A stretch of DNA of 32,000 bases from Pseudoalteromonas tetraodonis. Lineage in GTDB: Bacteria; Pseudomonadota; Gammaproteobacteria; Enterobacterales; Alteromonadaceae. The first letter of the stretch is position 1. Each line of letters begins with the position of its first letter. The notes under the pieces are model-generated. The model searched no databases. It was given only the letters and a program-made list of their open reading frames with translations, and had not been told where the DNA came from. Made by a program: the position numbers and the translations under genes. Shown in pieces: positions 8,309-17,491 of the stretch. Location: positions 2,760,001-2,792,000 of the forward strand of contig NZ_CP011041.1 in NCBI RefSeq assembly GCF_002310835.1. The letters are read 5' to 3'.

Positions 8309-9949
8309 TTATTGATTTAATAATGCCTCATAAACAAGCGACACAATAGAGCCGTATTGCGCTGTTTCAAAATTTTTCCCTACAAATTGATAGCGCTTTT
8401 CAGTGCCTTTAATAGGAGTATGCCGCGCATTAGTGAGTAAAATAATGGCCAAATCGTAAGCCGGATCAATCACGGTAACTGTCCCTGTCCACCCTGTGTG
8501 GCCATAGGCCTGAGCGCTGGCATAAGGGCCAAAGTGCCAGCGCCTTGCTTGGTTATTTCCCGCAAGACGAAAGCCTAACCCGTAGGTTTCATCACTGCTT
8601 TGTGGCGTTAAAAATTGCGCTAAGCTACTGGCGTTAAAAATTTGCGTATCGCCATAACCGCCTTTGTTAAGCAGCACTTGGCACAGCACAACTAAATCGG
8701 GGGCGTTACTAAATAATCCCGCATGGCCTGCAACACCATCGAGCGAATAATAAGCACGTTCGTCATGCACCTGCCCTTGCAGTACATTGGTGCGAATATT
8801 ATCAAAATGAATACGCCCATCTCGAGTATTACCGCTAAGCTCCGTGGCAGCAAACTGCTGACGATTAAAACCTTTTTTAAGCGGATTAAATAAGGTGTTA
8901 TTGAGTTTTAAAGGCGCGTAAATATGCTGCTCTAGGTATTCATCGAGAGGTTGGCCGCTAATTCGCTCAATTAAAACACCTAAAATCATGTAATCAATAT
9001 CAGAGTAAACATGCGGTGCTGTAGGTTCAGCGGTTAATGGCACGCTTGTTAATAATAGCTGTTTAGTGGTTTCGCTTGTTTGTGAGAAAAACGCATCGCC
9101 GTAAGCGGTGTCTTTTCGATGAAAATCAAACACTGGCGGATAACCGGCACTATGAGTTAGTAAGTCTTTTACTTGGCGGTGCTCTCGGCCATTACCCTGA
9201 TACTCTTTTAGGTATGAATGCACCGTATGATTTATGTTTAACTGCCCCTCGCTGACCAACTTCATTAATGCAAAGTTAGTAGCAAATATTTTAGTATTTG
9301 AGGCTAAGTCAAATAAGGTATTGGTTTGCATAGGCTCTGGGCGCAGTAGCATTAAATCACTTTGCTGATATTGTTTTGCATCGCCATACGCGGTTAATTT
9401 TAATACCTTACCCGCTTTAACAACCGCTAATACCGCTCCTGGAAAGCCTGCTTTTATATCGTTTTCAATTAAGGTATCAACTTGGCTAAAGTCGATTTCT
9501 TTTTTGGCGCTATTTTCTAAGGTAGCAAATGCAAAGCGCAGGGTTAAACTGCCGCCAGCAGGTTGAATATTCTCTACCTTAAAGGTGTTCACGCCGTTAT
9601 GCGTATAGTGCCCTAAATTAAAGTCGTACTCGGTGTTAGCGCGTAAAGGCTCATTAAGTAAAAGCTTTTTATTATTGATGTATATATTAGCACTGACGGC
9701 ACTGACATTTTGTAGCAATAGCTGCCCCCGCCCACGGTAGGCTTTAAAGGTGCCACGATTATTTACATATTCTCTGCTGCTGGGATTTGGCTCAGGAAAG
9801 GTAGCAATCACCTGAGCATTAGCTAACGCGTTAATATGATTAACAGTTAAAGGGCGTTCTGATTTAATTGCTGTAGAGCGACTACAGCCTGCAATAATAA
9901 TGCTCAGCAGCAATATAACTACTTTATAGTACGTTTTATTGTTTATCAT
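8309..9949 (-). CDS. Beta-lactamase-fold serine hydrolase lipoprotein, AmiE/YbbE-like (putative MurNAc-L-Ala amidase), with an extra N-terminal beta-rich domain
   Basis: Lipobox LLSIIIAGC. It carries an SxxK motif (ASNTK), YSD (the Y-x-N equivalent) and HTG (the KTG equivalent). It sits directly downstream of namZ, as amiE does in the B. subtilis murQ-amiE-nagZ-namZ cluster. The start is ambiguous: ATG at 9949 or GTG at 9967. Confidence 0.65.
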   Translation of the reverse strand: MINNKTYYKVVILLLSIIIAGCSRSTAIKSERPLTVNHINALANAQVIATFPEPNPSSREYVNNRGTFKAYRGRGQLLLQNVSAVSANIYINNKKLLLNEPLRANTEYDFNLGHYTHNGVNTFKVENIQPAGGSLTLRFAFATLENSAKKEIDFSQVDTLIENDIKAGFPGAVLAVVKAGKVLKLTAYGDAKQYQQSDLMLLRPEPMQTNTLFDLASNTKIFATNFALMKLVSEGQLNINHTVHSYLKEYQGNGREHRQVKDLLTHSAGYPPVFDFHRKDTAYGDAFFSQTSETTKQLLLTSVPLTAEPTAPHVYSDIDYMILGVLIERISGQPLDEYLEQHIYAPLKLNNTLFNPLKKGFNRQQFAATELSGNTRDGRIHFDNIRTNVLQGQVHDERAYYSLDGVAGHAGLFSNAPDLVVLCQVLLNKGGYGDTQIFNASSLAQFLTPQSSDETYGLGFRLAGNNQARRWHFGPYASAQAYGHTGWTGTVTVIDPAYDLAIILLTNARHTPIKGTEKRYQFVGKNFETAQYGSIVSLVYEALLNQ

Positions 9950-9979
9950 TTTTAAAGCCCAATGCACGCATCCCTTTTA

Positions 9980-11152
9980 TTAATACAGCAAATAAGGCGC
10001 TCTTTGCTGTTTAAACTGTTTTAGCCCGGCTTGCCAACTTTGTTTGATTTCCTCAGCTGAGTGCCCTGCTTCTATGGCGAGCCTTAATTTATCAGTTCCT
10101 GCGAGCTTATCCATAAAGTCGGCACGTTCAAAAAACGGCTGTTTAGCCTGAGTCAGTTGCTGGTAAGCATTAATTAAATAATTTAAGTTTAAGCCTGTGG
10201 TATCACTATGGCGTAAATCAATCCCTTTCACCATTTGGTTTTTAAACTTTGGATTAAGCGCTGCGCCTTTTATTGAGCGAGGGGTAAAGCTAAAGTCCCC
10301 AAGTGCTACTGGTGAATAACCAATAACCTGAAATGCAAAGTCAGTTCCTCTACCTATGCTAACAGGAGTTGCCTCAAAAAAGCACAACGAGGGATACAGC
10401 GCTATTGATTGATCGTTGGGTAAATTAGGGCTTGGTTTTACCGGTAAACTATAACGACTGGTGCGGGTGTAGCCGGCAACAGGGATCACGTTTAGCTTTA
10501 AATCACGAGCCTGATTGATCCACCCCTCACCTTTGATCATGTTAGCAAGCTCGCCTACCGTCATACCATGCAGTACAGGGATTGGGTGCATACCCACAAA
10601 CGATTTAAACTTCGGTTCTAAAATTGGCCCGTCAATGTGGCTAATATTAGGATTTGGCCTATCAAGTACTATAAATTCAACACCCTGCTCGGCCGCGGCT
10701 TCCATCATGTAATGCATAGAGCTTATGTAGGTATAAAAACGTACGCCCACGTCTTGAATATCAAAAATTATCACATCAACATTTTGCAATGACTCGGGGG
10801 TTGGCTTTTTGTGTTTACCGTAAATAGAAATAAGCGCAATACCGGTTTTGCTATCAACGGCGTTTTGTACATGAGCACCGGCATCGTGATCGCCTCGAAA
10901 GCCATGCTCAGGTGCAAAAATTTTAGTGATGTTGATGTTTTTAGCCAACAAGCTATCAACTAAATGCGTTTGCCCCACAAGAGAGGTTTGGTTAACCACC
11001 AGCCCTACACGTTTGTTTTTTAATTGGGGTGCATACATAGCAAATTGCTCTGCACCTACGGCGATTGCATGTTTAGTCTCATTTGCATGTGTAGCAACGG
11101 TAAAAAGTGCACTTAGTATAAAAAAGAAGGTAAAAAACACGGTTTTAAACAT
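9980..11152 (-). CDS. namZ: DUF1343 family exo-beta-N-acetylmuramidase (NamZ/YbbC-like), secreted
   Basis: DUF1343 hallmarks are present (VGLVVNQTS, IFAPEHGFRGD, DIQDVGVRFYTYISSM). There is a signal peptide, MFKTVFFTFFFILSALFTVATHA. I prefer the ATG at 11152, which has AAGGA 9 nt upstream, over the ATG at 11179. Confidence 0.8.
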   Translation of the reverse strand: MFKTVFFTFFFILSALFTVATHANETKHAIAVGAEQFAMYAPQLKNKRVGLVVNQTSLVGQTHLVDSLLAKNINITKIFAPEHGFRGDHDAGAHVQNAVDSKTGIALISIYGKHKKPTPESLQNVDVIIFDIQDVGVRFYTYISSMHYMMEAAAEQGVEFIVLDRPNPNISHIDGPILEPKFKSFVGMHPIPVLHGMTVGELANMIKGEGWINQARDLKLNVIPVAGYTRTSRYSLPVKPSPNLPNDQSIALYPSLCFFEATPVSIGRGTDFAFQVIGYSPVALGDFSFTPRSIKGAALNPKFKNQMVKGIDLRHSDTTGLNLNYLINAYQQLTQAKQPFFERADFMDKLAGTDKLRLAIEAGHSAEEIKQSWQAGLKQFKQQRAPYLLY

Positions 11153-11227
11153 ACAGCAAGGTCCTTTTAAACAAGGCATTTAAAATAACACAGCTAAGTT
11201 TAAAGAGCAGCTTAGGTTTTAAGAATT

Positions 11228-11761
<534 letters not shown>

Positions 11762-11809
11762 GTAATAAAAATAAAACACCGAGCCTTTTGCAAGCGCAAT
11801 TTTTATATT

Positions 11810-11848
11810 GTAGGCGGGAGTTTACCTCGCGCAGGTTTTAGCAATGAG
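11810..11848 (-). repeat. Possible highly decayed tRNA-Arg-derived fragment fused to the R-unit
   Basis: gtaggcgggagtttacctcgcgcaggttttagcaatgag aligns loosely with the pseudo-tRNA-Arg copies at 20.4-21.2 kb (gagtgaacctccgaccgcttggttcgtagc). It occupies the same position relative to the R-unit as pseudo-copy 1 at 20430. Confidence 0.3.
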
Positions 11849-12140
11849 AAACTGTGTTTCTAACGTAAGTAAGCTCTACGTCCACATTGAAAATAGACGA
11901 TAATATTATCTCTAAAATATAGCTTGCTGGTGTTTAAATACTCATGGTGATTTTGAACGTCTCATTTACCCCTCATTCATTTCTTTTTGTGCATTTAAGT
12001 TTGTAAGGGCGTTATTCACAAAGAGATTAAGAGGCGCTGCGCTTTTAGAGAAGTGATTAAAACATTATAAATCAGAAGCTGCGCTTCTAACGTAAGCAAG
12101 CTCTCCGTCCACATTGATAATGTTGACGATGATGTGACTA
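11847..12140 (+). repeat. R-unit noncoding repeat, about 1.3 tandem copies (period ~227 bp)
   Basis: The core 11941-12063 is roughly 90 percent identical by eye to 20583-20705 and 20781-20897. The 5' motif aagctctacgtccacatt recurs at 11871 and 12098. Orientation matches the 20.5-kb copies. Confidence 0.85.
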
Positions 12141-12151
12141 AAAAACCACCG

Positions 12152-12946
12152 TTATTGTTTTATTAAGCTCTTTAAGTTTTTACTGTATGTTCTACTTACC
12201 TTGAGTGTTTTTTCGTTATCTAACACCGCCATATATTCAGAATTACGTAATGGGTTGAGCTGTTTAATGTGGCTTAAATTAACAATGGTTGATTTATGTA
12301 TGCGTAAGAAGTCTTCTGGCAGGGTATTTTTTTCAAGATCTTTTAAACGCGCACGCATTACATGGGTTTCAGCCAGTGTATGAACACACATATAATCGCC
12401 TGCGGCATCAATCCATAAAATATCTTTAAACGGAATTATTTGAATTGGGTTTTTAGCATCTTGGATGACTAAGTTTTCGGCTTCAAATTTATATTCTGAG
12501 TTTTTTGAGCTTTCTAATTCTTGATGTTCGTTTTCTATCAGCGATTGGTGTACTTCAATCAATGTATTTTTTCTGTGGAGTTGCTCTGTTTTTACTACTC
12601 TTTCTATGGCTTCTGCAAGGCGAGCTAACTTAACGGGCTTGAGTAAGTAGTCAAGGGCTCTTACCTCAAATGCTTTAACGGCATGCTGGTGAAACGCAGT
12701 AACAAAAATAACCGCTGGACAGCTTTCTGGTTGAAAATATTTAATTAGTTCAAAGCCTGATTTTGTTGGCATTTCTATATCTAGAAACACTAAATCAACG
12801 TCATGTTTGTTAAGTACTTTAATAGCGTCATCAACACTTTGTGCACTGCCAATCACTTCAATTTCAGCAAAGGCCTCTAAACGAATACGCAACCCTTCAA
12901 TAGCGCTGTATTCATCGTCAACAAGTAATGTTTTTAATTGAATCAT
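12152..12946 (-). CDS. Two-component response regulator, REC + LytTR DNA-binding domain
   Basis: 264 aa. REC motifs are present (LLVDDE, DLVFLDIEMP, LLKP), followed by a C-terminal LytTR domain (FLRIHKSTIVNLSHIKQL). Its start overlaps the kinase stop (TAATG). Confidence 0.9.
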   Translation of the reverse strand: MIQLKTLLVDDEYSAIEGLRIRLEAFAEIEVIGSAQSVDDAIKVLNKHDVDLVFLDIEMPTKSGFELIKYFQPESCPAVIFVTAFHQHAVKAFEVRALDYLLKPVKLARLAEAIERVVKTEQLHRKNTLIEVHQSLIENEHQELESSKNSEYKFEAENLVIQDAKNPIQIIPFKDILWIDAAGDYMCVHTLAETHVMRARLKDLEKNTLPEDFLRIHKSTIVNLSHIKQLNPLRNSEYMAVLDNEKTLKVSRTYSKNLKSLIKQ

Positions 12947-13998
12947 TATTGCAAACCATTAATAGGAAGAGAGATACAAAGCCATGCGCCGCCTGATTTG
13001 CCATTGCCTTTCTCAATGCGATGGCTATTTCCATACATTAATTTTAAGCGTTGCTCGCAATTAGCCAAGCCAATGCCCCTTTTCGATTTTTTATTATCGT
13101 CAAACCCTTTACCAGTATCTGCAACTTTAATGAGCAATGCGGTTTTTGTTTTTTCAACTTTAATTGTGATCACCATTTTTTGATCTGCGCGCATACCATG
13201 TTTTAACGCGTTTTCTACCAATGGTTGAATTAATAAAGAAGGTATTAATAAATCGTTGCAAGGTTCATCAACGTTAATATTAACCTCTAACCGGTCAGTA
13301 AATCGACATTGCTCTATATCTAAGTAGGTTTTTAAAATGGCAATTTCTTCTTTAATCGCTACTTTTTCAAGCGGATCGGTATACAAACTATGGCGCAGAA
13401 GATCACACAGCTTTTCGAGCATATTCACTGCCTGCACACTTTCTTTTTTTAAGATTAAGGTGCAAATAGCATTAATGCTGTTAAACATAAAGTGCGGATT
13501 AAGCTGATATCGAAGCATTTTAAGCTGTGATTCTTTAGCAAGGTGTGTCGCTTCTGCGGCTTTTTGAGTTTGCTCTAAATTGTCGAGATATATTTTGATC
13601 CCGTAATAAAAAGCAGTCCATGTTGAGAGCATAGTTAACGATGCAGACGTCCATGTACCAAAGTCAAACCACGACATGGAAAGCCACCAATTGCCATATA
13701 ACCACTGCAAAGACGCCCATTTAATTTGTGTCCAAATTAATGTGGCAGTTAACAGTAGCACCAGATGCAGTGCTATTTTAACTTTAATCCCTTGCCTATT
13801 TGAGCAGTTATAAGCCCTTCTTAAAAGTAAGGTGATTAAAAAGCCACACGCTACATCAATAACTAAATGCGGAATATGTATCGACCATGGCTCGTCGCTT
13901 GGTATTTTTATCATTAGCTCGGTCAGCATTGCATACACAATCCAACCGCAGCTCTGAAACAACCAGAAAAGATGACTTCTGGGATTTTTGGAATTCAA
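12946..13998 (-). CDS. Sensor histidine kinase, LytS/YehU-type (membrane N-terminus + His_kinase + HATPase_c)
   Basis: 350 aa with about 5 N-terminal TM helices. It carries the H-box LNPHFMFNSINAI, the N-box ENALKHG and a G-box DTGKGF. It is translationally coupled to the LytTR regulator. Confidence 0.85.
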   Translation of the reverse strand: MNSKNPRSHLFWLFQSCGWIVYAMLTELMIKIPSDEPWSIHIPHLVIDVACGFLITLLLRRAYNCSNRQGIKVKIALHLVLLLTATLIWTQIKWASLQWLYGNWWLSMSWFDFGTWTSASLTMLSTWTAFYYGIKIYLDNLEQTQKAAEATHLAKESQLKMLRYQLNPHFMFNSINAICTLILKKESVQAVNMLEKLCDLLRHSLYTDPLEKVAIKEEIAILKTYLDIEQCRFTDRLEVNINVDEPCNDLLIPSLLIQPLVENALKHGMRADQKMVITIKVEKTKTALLIKVADTGKGFDDNKKSKRGIGLANCEQRLKLMYGNSHRIEKGNGKSGGAWLCISLPINGLQ

Positions 13999-14019
13999 AT
14001 TAATACGTCCAACTTAAAA

Positions 14020-14052
14020 GGCAGTTGAATAGCTTACTTATTATCAACTGCC
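14020..14052 (-). terminator. Stem-loop with a T-run between GH3 and the kinase gene (terminator or attenuator)
   Basis: A 9-bp stem (GGCAGTTGA / TCAACTGCC) with a ~15-nt loop is followed on the minus strand by tttt. It ends only ~20 nt before the kinase start codon. Confidence 0.45.
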
Positions 14053-14062
14053 TTTGCCTTAT

Positions 14063-16591
14063 TTATTTTGAGCACGTGATTGATAATGCGTCATTATTAG
14101 GTTTTGCAGTCAACGCGATATCTGCAACTGCTAAACTTAAACGCTGAGCTGAAATACGAATTACATCTGACATAGATTGTTCAATCAGTTCGCTATCGGC
14201 GCAATTGAGTGCGATTGATAAAGTATGCCAGCGCTTATCTGCCATTGTTTTTTCAAACGATGAAAAATCAATACTTCTTAAACAGTTATCTAAATTACAC
14301 ATTACTTGTAACTGGGCACCTTGCTCTGGAGCTTTATCTAATCGCATTTTTAGTTCAAGGTAACCTGATTTAAATTTGCGTTCGAGTAGCGTAGGTTTTA
14401 AGTAACTTAGGCTAAGCGTTGCATCTGAGGATTGAGGTTGCCACTTAAACTGCCTTGCATCCTCTTGATACGATAAATTAACCGATTGCATTAACAAACT
14501 TTTTTTATCGCCACTGGTGGCCGATGAACCACTAGTTAAAACCTTTGCTGTTGTATCAGCTAACGCCCAAGTGAGATTTTTAGCTAAACTTTTTACAAAC
14601 AATGGGTGTGCATCGCTTTTAACGATTTTTTTAGGGCTTGTAGTTTCACTCACAACAGGTATGTTTACTGTGTCTTGATAAGTTAGCCCGTAGCCATAGG
14701 CAAAGAGCGGGTCGTAATTTACATCGCCTAAGTTAAGGCTAAATTGGTCGTCGTATTTAGGCCACGAAAAACTCAACTTACCGCTAAAATCAAACTGACT
14801 GTTACCGTTTTTATCTGTTAGTAATACGTCTGCAACTCCCTCACCCTCAGAGCCTGGTAACCATGCAGCAACAAAGGCATCTGATGCATTGAGTTCTTTA
14901 TTGACCCAAAGCGGACGACCACTTAAAAATACGGTGACTACCGGAATATTGTCTGCCTTAAGTTTTTTCAGCAGTGCAAGAGCGTGTTTGCTTTCATGCT
15001 GAAACTCTAGCATTTCTATATCACCAAACCACTCAGCATAAGGTTCTTCACCAATAACAACAATGGCTACATCTGGCTTGGTTTTATAGTCACCAGACTC
15101 ACTTAAGCTTATTTCACCGCCTGCTTTTAATACTTGCGACTTTAAACCTGTATAAATAGAGGTCGCATTTGGAAAGTCGCTATTAGTATTGTCTGTGCCC
15201 TGCCAAGAAACGCTCCAGCCACCGGCTTGCATATTGATTGCATTGGCGCCTTTACCGGCAACTAAGATGCGGCTATGCGCTTTAATTGGCAAAACGTTTT
15301 CGTTGTTTTTTAATAGAACGAGTGACTTGCGAACCGCTTCTCTTGCCAAAGTGCGATGCTCATTAGCGCCTAACCACTGCGGGTGTTGTGATTCAGGTCG
15401 CGCTGATGGTTTACCCTTTGTAAACACCCCCCAGCGGATTTTAGCCCTTAAAAAGCGTCTAACCGCATCGTTTATTCTTGATTCGGCTATTACCCTCTCT
15501 TTCACTTGCTTAACAGTATTATGATAAAACGCTTCAAAATGCTCTGGCACCATGATTACATCAACACCTGCGTTTATGGCTTGGGCGCATTGCTCTAAAT
15601 CGCAGCCTTCTACAAACTTATGCGCATTCCAGTCGCTTACTACAAACCCATCAAAACCAAGTTGGTTTTTAAGTACATCCGTTAATAAATGCTTATCGCC
15701 ATGTACACGTTTGCCATTCCAACTATTAAAGGATGCCATCACTGATTGCACGCCTTCATTAATAGCAGAAAAATAACCTGCGCTGTGAATATCTCTTAAT
15801 CCTTTTTCATCGATAAGCGTATTTCCGCGATCAACGCCTCGCTCAGTGCCACCATCACCCACAAAGTGCTTAGCGGTGGCAATACGGTTACTGCCTTTTA
15901 AAAAGTCAGCGCCTATGTCACCTTGAATACCGGTCACCATACTACCTGCATACAACCTAACTAATTCAGGGTCTTCTGAGTAACTTTCATAAGTTCTGCC
16001 CCAGCGATCATCTCTGACTACAGCAACAGTAGGCGCAAAACTCCATTCAATACCTGTGGCAGATACTTCCTTTGCTGTTGCTTGGCCTATGCGTTTAATT
16101 AAATCAGCATCATGCGCAGCTCCTAAGCCAATATTGTGCGGAAATAACGTAGCGCCATACACATTACTATGCCCATGCATGGCATCGGTTCCCCATACTG
16201 TCGGGATCGCAATACCATCTATGGTCGAGTCCATAGAGGCTAGGTACATTTCATCTGCGTATTTTAACCAAGTTGCTTGATCCGCTCGTTTATTTCCGTA
16301 AGGGGCAGTATTTCCGCCATTTAGATAAGAGCCAAATCCATACTTTTTCATTTGCTCTACACTTAAATAACCAATTTCTGGCTGGATCATTTGCGCAACT
16401 TTTTGCTCTAAAGTCATTGTTGCGAGCAGTTTATCAATCTGTTTTTCAACGGCTGGATCACGCTTAAGTTGCGTATTCACATAAGGCCAGTTAACTTGCT
16501 GATTGTCTGCACTCAATACATTTTGACAGTTGAACATGCCAAAAACAGGCAATAAGCAAAGTAATAATTTAGGGTGTTTTATTTTCGACAT
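14063..16591 (-). CDS. Glycoside hydrolase family 3 exo-beta-glucosidase / exo-1,3-1,4-beta-glucanase (ExoP-like, with a C-terminal extra domain)
   Basis: 842 aa with a signal peptide. GH3 motifs are present (AKHFVGDGGTERG, nucleophile region GFDGFVVSDWNA). The ~200-aa C-terminal extension matches the ~840-aa Pseudoalteromonas ExoP-type enzymes. Confidence 0.88.
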   Translation of the reverse strand: MSKIKHPKLLLCLLPVFGMFNCQNVLSADNQQVNWPYVNTQLKRDPAVEKQIDKLLATMTLEQKVAQMIQPEIGYLSVEQMKKYGFGSYLNGGNTAPYGNKRADQATWLKYADEMYLASMDSTIDGIAIPTVWGTDAMHGHSNVYGATLFPHNIGLGAAHDADLIKRIGQATAKEVSATGIEWSFAPTVAVVRDDRWGRTYESYSEDPELVRLYAGSMVTGIQGDIGADFLKGSNRIATAKHFVGDGGTERGVDRGNTLIDEKGLRDIHSAGYFSAINEGVQSVMASFNSWNGKRVHGDKHLLTDVLKNQLGFDGFVVSDWNAHKFVEGCDLEQCAQAINAGVDVIMVPEHFEAFYHNTVKQVKERVIAESRINDAVRRFLRAKIRWGVFTKGKPSARPESQHPQWLGANEHRTLAREAVRKSLVLLKNNENVLPIKAHSRILVAGKGANAINMQAGGWSVSWQGTDNTNSDFPNATSIYTGLKSQVLKAGGEISLSESGDYKTKPDVAIVVIGEEPYAEWFGDIEMLEFQHESKHALALLKKLKADNIPVVTVFLSGRPLWVNKELNASDAFVAAWLPGSEGEGVADVLLTDKNGNSQFDFSGKLSFSWPKYDDQFSLNLGDVNYDPLFAYGYGLTYQDTVNIPVVSETTSPKKIVKSDAHPLFVKSLAKNLTWALADTTAKVLTSGSSATSGDKKSLLMQSVNLSYQEDARQFKWQPQSSDATLSLSYLKPTLLERKFKSGYLELKMRLDKAPEQGAQLQVMCNLDNCLRSIDFSSFEKTMADKRWHTLSIALNCADSELIEQSMSDVIRISAQRLSLAVADIALTAKPNNDALSITCSK

Positions 16592-16641
16592 TTAAAACCT
16601 TCGAGATTAAATACTGTTTTATAAAATACGGACTGATTAAT

Positions 16642-17418
16642 TTAGTGTGGAATATATTCAATAAAATCATAATATGCCCATGAAGGGCTGTCGTAGTATT
16701 GACCCGGAAAGTAATTCCCTTGAGTCGAGTTGTCACCATTCCACTGGTTAATCATTATTTTTGTTTTATCAATTGGCCATGCATAGCCGGGAATTTCATT
16801 ATCGGCTATTACGCCATCCCCATTGTCTTTGTACATCACTCTAATTGTTTTCTCGTTTCCTTGTGAGTCGTACAGATACCAACGAATTGATGAGCTTGAC
16901 CAATCAAAGCCAATGGTTAATAAGTTTTCTCTGTAATCAAGCCCAAACTGGCTTAAATCGATATCCTTTTCCCAACTTTGATATGTGCCTCCTTGGGGCT
17001 GGTAAATCACATTGGTATGAACAACATTGCCTAAAGAAGGTAATAGTTCGATATCTATTTCTTGCCATGCGCGTCCTGGCGAATCCCACCATGAGGTATA
17101 AGTAAAAATAGAAGACACGGTACCGGCGATATTGCCCGACTTAACACTGCCTTGTACCTTACCAAAACTATAAAAGTGATTACTTTGCAGCTCAGCACAT
17201 GCACCTTGTGATAGAGAAAGGGTGATGCCGTGTTGACTTGGGTTAATCATTCTTGGGACAAATTCGCAGCCAAAAGGTGAGCCATTATCGCCACTACGTG
17301 CACTCCAAAGAGTCGTGTCAAATCCCCACGAAAAATCGTCTTTAAAATAGTTAGCGTATGTGGCGGGTGAAATAACTATAAGGCCAGCAACTAAGGTTGA
17401 AATTAACTTCGTTTTCAT
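16642..17418 (-). CDS. Glycoside hydrolase family 16 endo-beta-glucanase (lichenase-type catalytic motif), secreted
   Basis: 258 aa with a signal peptide (LIVISPATYA). The catalytic motif is WQEIDIELL (ExDxE without the extra residue seen in EIDIME-type laminarinases). It has beta-jelly-roll size. Confidence 0.8.
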   Translation of the reverse strand: MKTKLISTLVAGLIVISPATYANYFKDDFSWGFDTTLWSARSGDNGSPFGCEFVPRMINPSQHGITLSLSQGACAELQSNHFYSFGKVQGSVKSGNIAGTVSSIFTYTSWWDSPGRAWQEIDIELLPSLGNVVHTNVIYQPQGGTYQSWEKDIDLSQFGLDYRENLLTIGFDWSSSSIRWYLYDSQGNEKTIRVMYKDNGDGVIADNEIPGYAWPIDKTKIMINQWNGDNSTQGNYFPGQYYDSPSWAYYDFIEYIPH

Positions 17419-17443
17419 TATTAAATCCTTATTTAATCAAGCA

Positions 17444-17472
17444 CCTCCTACAGTACTTTAGCCTGTAGGAGG
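17444..17472 (-). terminator. Intercistronic 10-bp stem-loop downstream of the TonB-dependent receptor (weak terminator or RNA-stability element)
   Basis: CCTCCTACAG-tactttagc-CTGTAGGAGG. The downstream U-run on the minus strand is poor (tgcttgatt). Confidence 0.35.
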
Positions 17473-17491
17473 GTAACTTTTACTCGGTTAT

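Noticed and set aside
11944-12006. 20-codon hydrophobic mini-ORF (MVILNVSFTPHSFLFVHLSL) conserved in all three R-unit copies, considered as a possible type I toxin, together with a 17-codon antisense mini-ORF
   Set aside because: Neither frame has a Shine-Dalgarno sequence. Differences between copies are mainly non-synonymous (about 4 against 1 synonymous). The frames stay open in both orientations, which is expected for short AT-rich repeats. It is kept only as a note under the R-unit finding.
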